This document shows positions 47,447 to 57,088 of a stretch of 64,000 nucleotides of DNA, in pieces. The position numbers were made by a program, and so were the translations under genes. The notes under the pieces are model-generated. The model worked only from the letters and a program-made list of their open reading frames with translations, was not told where the DNA came from and made no database searches. The stretch covers positions 24,597-88,596 of the forward strand of contig CAYZSL010000002.1 of the NCBI GenBank assembly GCA_964481125.1, written 5' to 3'. How positions within the stretch are numbered: position 1 is the stretch's first letter; every line of letters starts with the position of its first letter. The stretch is from an uncultured Candidatus Saccharibacteria bacterium (GTDB taxonomy: Bacteria; Patescibacteriota; Minisyncoccia; Minisyncoccales; RBG-13-42-11).

Positions 47447-48186
47447 CGAAATTTATCGCTGAGAAAACTGACAATTTTCGGACCGACCTCAGGAGATTCC
47501 CAGGAATAATTATGCCCGGGCGCCTGAAAAGCCCTGGAAAGAGACAAATACTGTCCGTTAATCTTAGCAGCCAGCCACTTAAAAGGGCTTTCGATCAAAG
47601 AAAAAAACAAAGGGCTGACTTGGCCCCCGACTAAAGTGTCTTTTCCTTCGTTGTCCACTTGGATAAGATTGCTTTTTTTAAAATTATCTGCCCAAAAAGG
47701 AGTGCCAATGGCAATAGCAAAAACTGAATCTTTGATCTCTTCGGAAATGTTTTCGTAGGTTTTCGTAACAAAAGCTCCGCCAATAGAAAGCCCGGTAATA
47801 ATTATTTTCTTGTCCGGAAAAGCTTTATTAATCTCTTCTATTTTTCCAGCCAAATCTTTTGAAGAATTTTTAAAATTATTTGATAATTCCCTTAAACTGG
47901 ACACTTCGCCCAACAGATCGTCTTTCGTCCTAATATAGGGAATAACCACTGTGCTGTATCCCCACTGGCCAAGAGTCTGCTGCATTTTTTCAACAATCGG
48001 GGCGAAATCATCCGCTTTTTCAAAAGGCACGTTGCCCCAGCCCCCGGAATTAAAAATAATGATAATATCTCTGTCCTGAGACAACGATAAAACCTCCTGC
48101 GGCTGTAAATTGTCCGGCATGACTTCCGGCCCGAAAAGTACGAATAAAGCGATGAGAATTGTAAAAAGATAAATAAATTTCTTCAT
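47443..48186 (-). CDS. secreted alpha/beta-hydrolase-like protein
   Basis: 247 aa. N-terminal signal/TM segment; GLSIG (GxSxG) nucleophile elbow. Confidence 0.55.
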   Translation of the reverse strand: MKKFIYLFTILIALFVLFGPEVMPDNLQPQEVLSLSQDRDIIIIFNSGGWGNVPFEKADDFAPIVEKMQQTLGQWGYSTVVIPYIRTKDDLLGEVSSLRELSNNFKNSSKDLAGKIEEINKAFPDKKIIITGLSIGGAFVTKTYENISEEIKDSVFAIAIGTPFWADNFKKSNLIQVDNEGKDTLVGGQVSPLFFSLIESPFKWLAAKINGQYLSLSRAFQAPGHNYSWESPEVGPKIVSFLSDKFR

Positions 48187-48815
48187 CTTTTTTTCCTTCG
48201 ATGGAATCTTTTTTCCAAGACCGTTAAAAACTCTAATAGAACATCGTCATCAAAAAATTCCCTTGCCCACAACCACCAAGGAACCAAAGGGGGATTTTTG
48301 CGCTTTTCCCAGTATTCGTAGGCCTGCAAGAAGTTTTCCATCCTGTCTGCCTGGTGGAAAAATCTTCCTTCCGGAGTCAGTTTTTTCTCGTAATCCAACC
48401 AGATATTCCTTATCTCGCTCTTTAAATCTGAAGGCAGTTTTGCGATAAGCTTTTCTAATCCTTTTCTTTCTCTCTTGTATTTACTGGCAGCAATTCTTTC
48501 TTTCTTAGCATCTGAGAACCTTGGCCACGTTTTCATCAGTTCTTTAAGCTTTTTTTTGTTCTTGGGCAAAATCGAGTCGTACGGAGTCGTATCTCCAGCA
48601 TATATTTCGCACAAATCATGAACAAGAGCAATTTTTATAAGCTTTTCCAGATTAATACCTTTTTTCTTCCTGCCCAAAACCCAACCCAATATGGCTGCGC
48701 GGAAAACATGCTCAGCAATGCTTTCTGGGTCTTTAATCTGGTTTATAACCCAACCCTTTCTTTTATTTCTTTTCAATTTACCAACTTCAATCAAAAAATT
48801 AAGTACGTCTTTCAT
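48183..48815 (-). CDS. HD-domain phosphohydrolase (YfbR-like)
   Basis: 210 aa. H..HD motif (AEHVFR..ALVHDLCE). Confidence 0.7.
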   Translation of the reverse strand: MKDVLNFLIEVGKLKRNKRKGWVINQIKDPESIAEHVFRAAILGWVLGRKKKGINLEKLIKIALVHDLCEIYAGDTTPYDSILPKNKKKLKELMKTWPRFSDAKKERIAASKYKRERKGLEKLIAKLPSDLKSEIRNIWLDYEKKLTPEGRFFHQADRMENFLQAYEYWEKRKNPPLVPWWLWAREFFDDDVLLEFLTVLEKRFHRRKKR

Positions 48816-48897
48816 GCTTATTCAATTTATCATATTCCAGCCAAATAAAAAAGAGAGTAAAAAACCCTCTCAAAACCAAAATGAGACAGAAATTCTA

Positions 48898-49374
48898 TCA
48901 GCTAGTTCTGTATTTTATCTTTTTAATCTTGTAAGTTGTCTGAATTGGAGAAGAAACAACAACTGCTTCTCCGATCCTGTGGCCCAAAAGAGCCATACCA
49001 ACAGGTGATTCATTGGAAATTTTACCGGCAGAAGGATTGGCCTCCAGAGAACCCACTAAAGTAAATTCATCAGTCTGTCCGCCAACTTCAACTGAAATGG
49101 TCGCTCCCAAATCAACAATATTTTGCTTTTCTTTGCGGGGAAACTTAATCAGCGTAGCACTCTTAATAATGCTATCTATCTCCGATATCCTTGATTCCAA
49201 AAAACTGACATCTTCCTGGAAAATAAGATATTCCGGATTTAAATCTTCAGACTGCAAAACCTTAGGAGATTCTCCCCTAGTTTTAGCAAGCTTAAGCTCT
49301 TTTAAGCTCTTGTATTCGTTCTTTATCTTTTCCAGTCCTTCTTTAGTTAGATAAAACTTTTTTTCTTCTGTCAT
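48898..49374 (-). CDS. greA: transcription elongation factor GreA
   Basis: 158 aa. N-terminal coiled-coil and C-terminal FKBP-like domain. Confidence 0.85.
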   Translation of the reverse strand: MTEEKKFYLTKEGLEKIKNEYKSLKELKLAKTRGESPKVLQSEDLNPEYLIFQEDVSFLESRISEIDSIIKSATLIKFPRKEKQNIVDLGATISVEVGGQTDEFTLVGSLEANPSAGKISNESPVGMALLGHRIGEAVVVSSPIQTTYKIKKIKYRTS

Positions 49375-49615
49375 GTTTTTAAAAACCCCTCTTGGTTGAG
49401 AGGGGAAGTAGTTTTAAGTTGAGTTATTTACTAATAATCCCCTCTCAGCAGTTAATTTTTACAAAAGTCAAAACCATAGTGGCAGAGACCTTTTTCAAAA
49501 TTGACCAAACTCTATAGGGATTATGTGTCATGTTTTTTCGTTGAATACTATCTTTTTTAATTATAGTCTATTCAGAATCCTTGTCAACCCCTGAACCCTG
49601 TCCTACATGTCCTAC

Positions 49616-50863
49616 TTAGAATAATGTTTTTTGCTTCAATAATTTCTTGCCTTCACCCTGATCAAAAATCCTGATCTTGCCGAAAACTCCGTCATATCCT
49701 GGCTCTTTGTTTACCTTTCCCTCTCTTACCCTTAATATTCCTTCTGCAATATTAGGGAAAGCAGCTGATTTCAGCTTTTCTGGCGAAGCATTAAGAAGAA
49801 TCTCAAATTCAGAGCCGAATTCCTCAATTAGGCTTTGATATGTTTTTTCTACTTGTTTACTGGCTACGGTCATACCCAAGGTATCAGCAACAATTTCTAT
49901 CAGAGGAACTAAACTTTTAAAAGGTATGGCATTTTCCGGCTCGAATCCTTCTTCTTTATCAGACAGCGCATCAACCCTGTTTAAAACTCCGACGGTTAAC
50001 GGCTTGCCGCAAACCGGACAGATACCGTTGTATTTTTTGGTTTCTGCGGGAGAAAGCCTGACATCGCAGTTCCGGTGTCCGTCAAAATGATATTTGCCTT
50101 CTTCCGGAAAAAACTCAATGGTGTATAAAAACTTCTTTGGGTCTTTGGTTTTAATTGCTTCGACAATTGATTGATAGCTTAACTCCGTATCAAAAACATT
50201 GGCTTCCCTGCCTATCTTCCTCGGACTATGCGCATCGCTGTTTGAGATAAGGGCTGTTTTTCGGCCGTCTGGCATACGCCAAAGCATGTCCGGAGAAGCG
50301 CTAAGACCAGTTTCCATTGCATAAATGTATTTTGATAAATCTTCAAAACATTCCTCGATCGAATCAAATCCTGATTTTGAACCGAAAATGGCGAACCATG
50401 GAGTGAGACAATGACATGGCACAACCAGACAATCCTCAGAGACACCTAAAACGATCTTAGCTAATTCCTTAGCATCTAATCCCAGAATCGGCCTACCATC
50501 TGATTTTAAATTGCCGATCCAGCCCAGCTGAACGTTAATCTTTTCTACTGCCTCAAAGGAAGGAGCGAACAATAAAACATGGATCTTCCTGACTCTGTTG
50601 TTTTTTGAATAAATACAGCTTATTTCATTGGTCAGGATAAAACGCGTACCGTTATCCTGTTTTTTAATTTTAAAAAGCCCTGGCTCTGCGGGCTCTAATT
50701 TATCTTTTAAAGATTTAAACCACTCCGGATGGCTGAAGTCGCCAGTCCCTAAAACCTTAATGCCCTTGATCTTCGCCCACTTATCAAGATTTTCCAAATC
50801 CATGTCCCTAGAAGTGGCTCTCGAATATTTGCTGTGAATGTGAAAATCCGCTATGAACTTCAT
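49616..50863 (-). CDS. PHP-domain metal-dependent phosphoesterase with C-terminal Zn-ribbon-like Cys pairs
   Basis: PHP motifs FIADFHIHSKYS and DAHSP. Start trimmed to MKFIADF; the ORF as given extends to 50890. Confidence 0.65.
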   Translation of the reverse strand: MKFIADFHIHSKYSRATSRDMDLENLDKWAKIKGIKVLGTGDFSHPEWFKSLKDKLEPAEPGLFKIKKQDNGTRFILTNEISCIYSKNNRVRKIHVLLFAPSFEAVEKINVQLGWIGNLKSDGRPILGLDAKELAKIVLGVSEDCLVVPCHCLTPWFAIFGSKSGFDSIEECFEDLSKYIYAMETGLSASPDMLWRMPDGRKTALISNSDAHSPRKIGREANVFDTELSYQSIVEAIKTKDPKKFLYTIEFFPEEGKYHFDGHRNCDVRLSPAETKKYNGICPVCGKPLTVGVLNRVDALSDKEEGFEPENAIPFKSLVPLIEIVADTLGMTVASKQVEKTYQSLIEEFGSEFEILLNASPEKLKSAAFPNIAEGILRVREGKVNKEPGYDGVFGKIRIFDQGEGKKLLKQKTLF

Positions 50864-50930
50864 CCCAATAAAGCTGCCAAAAATAGGCATCCGAAAACTA
50901 GACGGAAAAATAGCTTCTAGTATGTTTTAT

Positions 50931-51194
50931 CTATAGTCTGAAAACCTTGTATCCTTCGTGAACTCTCTGGGGAACCTTTAAGCCGACAGAATTGCCTCTG
51001 CTAGCTTCCCTGACTTTCTTGTGGTCCACTTCCATAGAATCGACCTTATGCTCAAAATCAGTGTCTCCGCCGACTATCCTGATAGTGTCTCCTACCCTTA
51101 ATCTGTCTGAAACATCAATCACCGCTACTCCGATGTGGCCGAAAAAGTGGGTAATTCTGCCTATTAATTTTCCTTCTCTTTTTTCGTCTGCCAT
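50931..51194 (-). CDS. small beta-barrel protein (EF-Tu domain-2-like), hypothetical
   Basis: 87 aa. GDTIRIVGGDTDFEHKV resembles translation-factor beta-barrel domains. Confidence 0.45.
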   Translation of the reverse strand: MADEKREGKLIGRITHFFGHIGVAVIDVSDRLRVGDTIRIVGGDTDFEHKVDSMEVDHKKVREASRGNSVGLKVPQRVHEGYKVFRL

Positions 51195-51226
51195 ATTTTT
51201 AAAATGTATTTATATGTATGCGACCT

Positions 51227-51790
51227 TTAGTTTTTGTATTTTGAATTTGATTTTTTCTCTTTTTTAATCAAATTAATGACTTCCTGAACCAGTTTCTTGG
51301 GATCTTCATCATAAACAATTTTTGCCACTTTTCGGTGGGGACCGGTAATAATTGACCTTATCTTGTCGGCTGTCCCGCCTGTTCCTTCCAAAACGCCTAT
51401 TGGCTTTTGGATTTCAAAGGCAGTGGTAAATTCGTGCAAAGTGCCCATTCTGCCGCAGATAATGATAACTGCATCTGCTGACTTTGTCATAATGGTATCT
51501 CTGCCCACGTAATCTGCTCCGGTATAGATCATAACGTCAAAAGGCTCTAAAGGCAGTTTGTAAGTTTTCAAATGGGCGCCCTCTGAAGTGGCTGGTGAAA
51601 AGCCAACGTTAAAACCGCCAGCTTTTTTGCATCCCAAGGCAGCAAAGTAAGGAACGCCGGTAGTCGCTCCTGTAACAAGTACGCACTTTTTCTTGGCGAT
51701 TTCCCGACCAACCTCTTCTGACACTCTTTTAATATTTCTGCAGCAATGGCTGGTTCTGGCCGCGCCTGAAACAACGATTTTGTAATTCAT
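51227..51790 (-). CDS. LOG/TIGR00725-family Rossmann protein
   Basis: 187 aa. VVSGAARTSH..GATTGVPYFAALG..ICGRMGTLHE pattern of the LOG/SLOG superfamily. GC-richer than neighbours. Confidence 0.6.
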   Translation of the reverse strand: MNYKIVVSGAARTSHCCRNIKRVSEEVGREIAKKKCVLVTGATTGVPYFAALGCKKAGGFNVGFSPATSEGAHLKTYKLPLEPFDVMIYTGADYVGRDTIMTKSADAVIIICGRMGTLHEFTTAFEIQKPIGVLEGTGGTADKIRSIITGPHRKVAKIVYDEDPKKLVQEVINLIKKEKKSNSKYKN

Positions 51791-52071
51791 AAGCTATTCT
51801 TATTTTAACACAACTCTTTAAATTAAAAAATCCCGCTATAAGCCGGATTCTTTAATAAGGGGGAATAGCTCTTGACGAACTTGATTGTTCACTTAAGTCT
51901 AGTTGGACATTGTTAGGCAGCTGCTGTATCTCCTTCATCAAAAACTATCTGTCCTTTTGGGCAAAAAACCCGCACCCCCTCACTTTTAAGTTTAATTGAG
52001 TGATATTTTTTGTCAAGATTTTGTTGATTCTAACCTCTATAAAGAAAAAGTGGCAAGGCTCTCAGCTTTAT

Positions 52072-52578
52072 CTAAATTCCAAATTTCCGGATAGCCTCAT
52101 TCATATCTTCTGCTAAAGCCATCCTTGTCATTTTTTGAATATCAGAGGGAATTGGTTTATAACTTGCTGGCATTCTAAACTTTCTGTAGTTTTGGAGTTT
52201 TTTAAACTTATCTCGTGGAAGTTCTGCGATATAAAGAAAACCATTTTTTTTATCATTAATTTTAGACCTAATTTCTTTAGCTGATAACTTTTCAATTTTA
52301 TTGATATCTATAAATGAGGATCTTTCCCTAAAATAATCAGGGTATTCTAAGTTTCTATTTATCCATTCAGATTCTTTGACTTCAATTGTCAAAAACTTTT
52401 GACAAGCACTGATAGAACTCATTAAAATAAAAAAATAAAAAAAATCCACTTCTAACTCTAAGGGGAATGTATTTCCAGCTAATTTATATTTTCTTCTTGT
52501 CTTTTTAATACGTTTTTCAAAAGACTTTTTGTCGAAATATACATTTCGTGTCTTGATATACTCTTCGAGAGCAATCAT
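52072..52578 (-). CDS. unknown protein, candidate toxin/effector partner of the Panacea-domain protein (PD-(D/E)xK-like D..EVK motif)
   Basis: 168 aa, very AT-rich. Lies 12 bp downstream of the Panacea-domain gene in the same orientation. Contains ELEVD(47)...IEVKE(66). Confidence 0.5.
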   Translation of the reverse strand: MIALEEYIKTRNVYFDKKSFEKRIKKTRRKYKLAGNTFPLELEVDFFYFFILMSSISACQKFLTIEVKESEWINRNLEYPDYFRERSSFIDINKIEKLSAKEIRSKINDKKNGFLYIAELPRDKFKKLQNYRKFRMPASYKPIPSDIQKMTRMALAEDMNEAIRKFGI

Positions 52579-52590
52579 AGTTTTAAAGCT

Positions 52591-53067
52591 CTATCGCTTA
52601 CCAAACTTTAATCTCAATCCTATACCCTTTGAATTATTTGTTTTTGCTCCCAATGCGATCATCGGTTTTGTTCTATAAGCTATTTCGGTAAGGGCTCTTG
52701 CGCCATATCCTTTTACTGATTCTAATAATTCATCTATTATCATCAATTCTTTGCTGTTTATTTTATCGCTATTATAATCAGAAGATTCACTAGGAGAATA
52801 TACTACAAATTCTTTCCCTGTTGTTATCGTATAGTCGCTCTTTGGAATAATTATTTTTTTATTGATTAAATCTTCAATATACAAATAAATTTTGCTATCA
52901 AAAGGACCATAATAATATCTTCTATATTTAAAATTTGATACTTGTTTTTTATATCTCTCTACGCTTATTAAGTCTACCAAATAAGCAAGCTTCATCAGGC
53001 TTGTTATTGAACATTCTGGATTTTTCTTAAGTAGAGAAAAAATCAGTTGCTTGGTTTTTTCATTCAT
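52591..53067 (-). CDS. Panacea-domain (DUF4065, SocA-like) protein, candidate antitoxin
   Basis: 158 aa. SLMKLAYLVDL...YRRYYYGPFDSKIY matches the KLxKLlYxaD...W/YxYGPv..ly signature of DUF4065. Confidence 0.55.
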   Translation of the reverse strand: MNEKTKQLIFSLLKKNPECSITSLMKLAYLVDLISVERYKKQVSNFKYRRYYYGPFDSKIYLYIEDLINKKIIIPKSDYTITTGKEFVVYSPSESSDYNSDKINSKELMIIDELLESVKGYGARALTEIAYRTKPMIALGAKTNNSKGIGLRLKFGKR

Positions 53068-53153
53068 ATTGTAATTATATTATTATAGCAGCTCTGTTAA
53101 AAGAATACAAGTAAAATAAAAAACTGCTCAAAAATGAATATTTTACTTTAATA

Positions 53154-53225
53154 TGCCCCCAGCAGGAATCGAACCTGCATTTTGAGTTCCGGAAACTCAT
53201 GTTTTATCCATTAAACTACAGGGGC
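53154..53225 (-). tRNA. tRNA-Pro (anticodon CGG), CCA not encoded
   Basis: Reverse complement: acceptor GCCCCTG/TGGGGGC, anticodon stem GAGTT/AACTC with loop TCCGGAA, T-arm GCAGG-TTCGATT-CCTGC. Confidence 0.8.
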
Positions 53226-53938
53226 TTTTTAGCAATTAAATAAATATTACCCTCTTTAGATTTTTTGTTTCTAAAACCGCCGATTTCCTTTAACTTTAAA
53301 TCAGACCTTTCAGCTAGTTCTTTTAATTCGTTCTTTGTAAAAAAGTGGACATAACGTAGGAGAACGTTTTTCCAAGGAATGAAAAAATCTTTAAAATCGA
53401 GTTTTGATTTTCCTAAAATTTTTAAGATAAAACATTTTAAAAAACCTGAAAATCTTTTGTACCGACCGGTTAGAATCATATTAATCGGATTCAAGTTCCA
53501 AACAGTTAAAATTAGCATTCCTTTGGGCTTCATGATTCTTTTTATCTCTTTTAAAAATTTGAGGCGCAATTCTTTAGATGGAATATGATGCAATACGGCA
53601 ATACATAAAACTCTATCGAAAAGATTATCCGGAAATGGTAAATTAAAAGCAGACGAAACTAGAAAATTACCGTTAGGATACTTGTTTTTCGCAATTTCAA
53701 TTAATCTTTCTGAAAAATCTACTCCGGTATAATCAACTTTTTTGTCGTTAAATATTTCAAAAAATCTTCCATTTCCACAACCTAGATCTAAAACTCTATC
53801 TCCGACAAAAATGTATCGCAAGAACCATTCTTTCTCTTTAGGGGAAACGAAATTTCTAGTCTTTGACCAGTCCTCAGCAATTAGATTATAATCTTCCTTA
53901 GTTTTACCTAATAAATATTTAGCAAAATCTTTATCCAT
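53216..53938 (-). CDS. class I SAM-dependent methyltransferase
   Basis: 240 aa. Motif I VLDLGCGNGRF. The stop codon sits inside the 5' end of tRNA-Pro (10-nt overlap). Confidence 0.75.
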   Translation of the reverse strand: MDKDFAKYLLGKTKEDYNLIAEDWSKTRNFVSPKEKEWFLRYIFVGDRVLDLGCGNGRFFEIFNDKKVDYTGVDFSERLIEIAKNKYPNGNFLVSSAFNLPFPDNLFDRVLCIAVLHHIPSKELRLKFLKEIKRIMKPKGMLILTVWNLNPINMILTGRYKRFSGFLKCFILKILGKSKLDFKDFFIPWKNVLLRYVHFFTKNELKELAERSDLKLKEIGGFRNKKSKEGNIYLIAKKPL

Positions 53939-55469
53939 GAATCATTTAGAATTAATAGTCAGAGAAATTATTAAAAATCGGGTAAAAGACCGTGATACTT
54001 TAGCTAAAATCAATAGAAAAGCTGCTAAAAACCACAAAATCCCTTGTCCAGATAACATTTCTCTATTAAAAACTTACCACGAATTAACCAAAAAGAGAAA
54101 AATAAAAAAATCTCCACTTTTGGAGCTTTTGTTGATTACAAGGCCGGTTCGTTCGCTATCCGGTATAGTAAATATTTCAGTTTTAACAAAGCCATATCCT
54201 TGTCCTGGCAAATGCCTTTATTGCCCACAAGAAGCAAATATACCGAAAAGCTATGTTTCAGGGGAACCAGCCGTAGAAAGAGCTAAAAAACTGAATTACG
54301 ACCCATACTTACAAACAAAATTAAGAATTGAGATGTTGGAATACGAAGGACATCCCACTGACAAGATTGAACTGAGGATTGTCGGTGGCACCTGGTCTTT
54401 CTATCCTAAAAAATACCAGGAATGGTTCGTTAAAAGATGTTTTGACGCCTGTAACAAAAGAAAAAACAAAACCTTAAAAGAAGCCCAAAAAATCAATGAA
54501 AAAGCAAAACATAGAATAGTCGGATTATCCATTGAAACAAGGCCTGATTTCATAAACGAAAAAGAAATAAAGCAGTTAAGGACCTTAGGAACAACAATGG
54601 TTGAACTGGGAGTGCAAACTATTTACGACAACATTCTCGACATAAACTTAAGAGGCCACAAAGTAAAAGAAACAATTTCAGCGACAAAGCTTTTAAAAGA
54701 TGCTGGCTTTAAGGTTCTTTATCAGATAATGCCCAATTTATTAGGATCCAACGTAAAAAAAGATGAAGCAATGTTCAAAGAATTGTTCAAAAACCAAGAT
54801 TTCCAACCGGATCTCTTAAAAATATATCCTTGCGCCCTTTTAAAAGAAGCTCCTCTATATAAATTATGGAAAAAGAAAAAATATAAGCCTTATACAGAAA
54901 AACAACTAATAAATCTAATTAAAAGCATAAAAAAGAAAATCCCTTCATATATAAGAATTCAAAGAATAAGCAGGGATATTCCTTCTTCGCGCATTATCGC
55001 TGGTCCGGCCAAAATCTCTAATATCCGCCAGATTCTGAAAAACCAAAACATACACTGTAAATGCATAAGATGCAGAGAAGTAAGAGATAACTACAAACAG
55101 AAAGAAAAGCTGTATTTATTCAGAAAAGAATACAAAGCTTCCAAAGGTAAAGAAATATTCTTAAGCTTTGAAAATAAAAACAGAACAAAGCTTTACAGTT
55201 TGCTCCGTTTAAGGAAAACTTCAGAAAACCAAGCAATTATAAGAGAAATACACACTTTCGGCCAACAGCTGCCAATAAGCGAACGCCAAAATGCCATATC
55301 CCCCCAGCACCAGGGACTGGGCAAGAAACTAATAAAAGAAGCTGAAAGAATAACAAAAAAAGAATTCAAGTTAAAAAAAATCAGCGTTATTGCCGCTGTC
55401 GGAGCGAGAAACTATTTCAGAAAATCAGGATATAAGCTGGAAGACACTTATATGGTTAAGATTCTTTAA
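53937..55469 (+). CDS. elp3: Elp3-family radical SAM / GNAT acetyltransferase (tRNA U34 modification-like)
   Basis: 510 aa. Radical-SAM CPGKCLYCP, then a C-terminal GNAT domain (QHQGLGKKLIKEAE). Confidence 0.8.
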   Translation: MNHLELIVREIIKNRVKDRDTLAKINRKAAKNHKIPCPDNISLLKTYHELTKKRKIKKSPLLELLLITRPVRSLSGIVNISVLTKPYPCPGKCLYCPQEANIPKSYVSGEPAVERAKKLNYDPYLQTKLRIEMLEYEGHPTDKIELRIVGGTWSFYPKKYQEWFVKRCFDACNKRKNKTLKEAQKINEKAKHRIVGLSIETRPDFINEKEIKQLRTLGTTMVELGVQTIYDNILDINLRGHKVKETISATKLLKDAGFKVLYQIMPNLLGSNVKKDEAMFKELFKNQDFQPDLLKIYPCALLKEAPLYKLWKKKKYKPYTEKQLINLIKSIKKKIPSYIRIQRISRDIPSSRIIAGPAKISNIRQILKNQNIHCKCIRCREVRDNYKQKEKLYLFRKEYKASKGKEIFLSFENKNRTKLYSLLRLRKTSENQAIIREIHTFGQQLPISERQNAISPQHQGLGKKLIKEAERITKKEFKLKKISVIAAVGARNYFRKSGYKLEDTYMVKIL

Positions 55470-55712
55470 CCCTACGTTCTTCAGCTTTCCTCGTGCTTTT
55501 ATATATAAACCTGCTAGGCGTACGATAAGCCAACTTTCCTCTTTTAGCTCTTTTCGACGAGTAATTCTTCATTCTTTTTATTTACAAGTCTTTTATACAA
55601 TTCATCAATCAATCTTTCATGTTCTTTCGAACTTAAACCATCCCGGCGAATCCGGGCTTTTTCAAAACGAATATATTTGCACAGTGATTTCGGCAGTTTC
55701 TTTTCCATAATA

Positions 55713-57059
55713 TTATTTCTTCATCCTGTTTAAACGTTCAAACTCTTCCCTGACTATCTGCCTGTCGTCCCAGGCTATCTTCTCGCCTTTGGCCACGCAC
55801 ATCCACGGTTCGCAGCCTTTGCCGGTAATTACTACTGTATCACCTTCTTTAGCTAATTTCAAAGATTTCTTAATAGCTTCCCTACGATCTAAAATCTTGA
55901 AAACTTTTGATTTCTGCTTTTTGGATTTTGAACCGGCAATCCCGGAAAAAACTTCCTCCAATATTTTCTTCGGATCTTCATCATAAGGGTCCTCATCAGC
56001 CAGAATAATTTCGTCGCAGTACTTGGCAGCAATTTCCCCCATTTTCGGCCTCTTCCATTTATCCCTGCCTCCGCCAGCCGAACCAAGCAAACAGATTAAT
56101 CTTTTTCCTTTAAATGACTGGTAAACTTTTTCCAAAGCATCTGGAGTATGGGCATAGTCAACAATCACTTTAAAGGGCTCGTTAATAACAATTTCCATCC
56201 TGCCTGCCATCTTTTCAATCTTTTCCAAAGTTGATTTGCAGGAGGGCAAATTGATTCCTTCTGACAACCCCACGCAAATTGCTGCCAAAGCATTATAAAC
56301 ATTAAATCCTCCCAATAATTTCAAATTAATACCAACGTCTTTAATTTCTTTTAAAGTCTTTGATTTTTTATCGATAAGCCTTATCTCCTGCTTTTTGTTT
56401 TTAATCCCATAAAGATATTTTTGTTCAGCAGGAAACTGTAGAAAATAATCTGCATTTTCATCATCCGAATTAATAATATGTATTTTTTTAACGGCTTTAA
56501 AGAGCTGCCCCTTGGCTTTTCGATAATTCTCAAAGCTGCCGTGCCTTTCAATATGCTCTGGCGCCAAATTAGTAAAAATCGCTGTCTTAAAATCAATAAA
56601 CTTATGGCGATGCTGTAGAATTCCTTCTGAGGTTACTTCCAATATCGCGTATTTACAGCCCTCATCCAACGCCTCTCTTAAAAACTTCTGGATCTGAAAA
56701 CGACCAGGCATTGTCATTTTCAGCATATTGGGCCTTTCATGGATGTTTATCTTAAACCTTATAGAAGAAAGGGAAGCGGTTTTATAGCCTGATTCCTGGA
56801 AAATACGATGGCAGAAATCAACGACCGTTGATTTACCTTTAGTGCCAGTAACCCCGATAATCGTCATCTTTTTACCAGGAAATCGGTATAAAAAAGCACC
56901 CAAAAACGCAAGTATAAAATGATACCAGTCAATTAAAAAAGAAGGTGTAATTTTTTTGATCAATTCCTTCATAGTTCTCTTCTCTTCATATTCTAGACAA
57001 ATTATCTCCAAAATAAAAGAGGGTGAGAATTGCTCCTCACCCTCTATGAAAAAGCCCAA
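55713..57059 (-). CDS. Mur ligase family protein (MurE/MurF-like)
   Basis: GVTGTKGKST P-loop and DYAHTPDAL motif. An alternative start at 56972 (MKELIKK) would remove an acidic 29-aa N-terminal extension; an N-terminal TM-like segment follows. Confidence 0.7.
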   Translation of the reverse strand: MGFFIEGEEQFSPSFILEIICLEYEEKRTMKELIKKITPSFLIDWYHFILAFLGAFLYRFPGKKMTIIGVTGTKGKSTVVDFCHRIFQESGYKTASLSSIRFKINIHERPNMLKMTMPGRFQIQKFLREALDEGCKYAILEVTSEGILQHRHKFIDFKTAIFTNLAPEHIERHGSFENYRKAKGQLFKAVKKIHIINSDDENADYFLQFPAEQKYLYGIKNKKQEIRLIDKKSKTLKEIKDVGINLKLLGGFNVYNALAAICVGLSEGINLPSCKSTLEKIEKMAGRMEIVINEPFKVIVDYAHTPDALEKVYQSFKGKRLICLLGSAGGGRDKWKRPKMGEIAAKYCDEIILADEDPYDEDPKKILEEVFSGIAGSKSKKQKSKVFKILDRREAIKKSLKLAKEGDTVVITGKGCEPWMCVAKGEKIAWDDRQIVREEFERLNRMKK

Positions 57060-57088
57060 CTACCGGAGGGAAAACCTTGTTAGGCATT

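Noticed and set aside
51800-52071. Direct repeat of the tRNA-Pro 3' end marking the far border of the Panacea module
   Set aside because: Only a weak 8-nt similarity (GCACCCCC) was found. Insufficient to call an att site.
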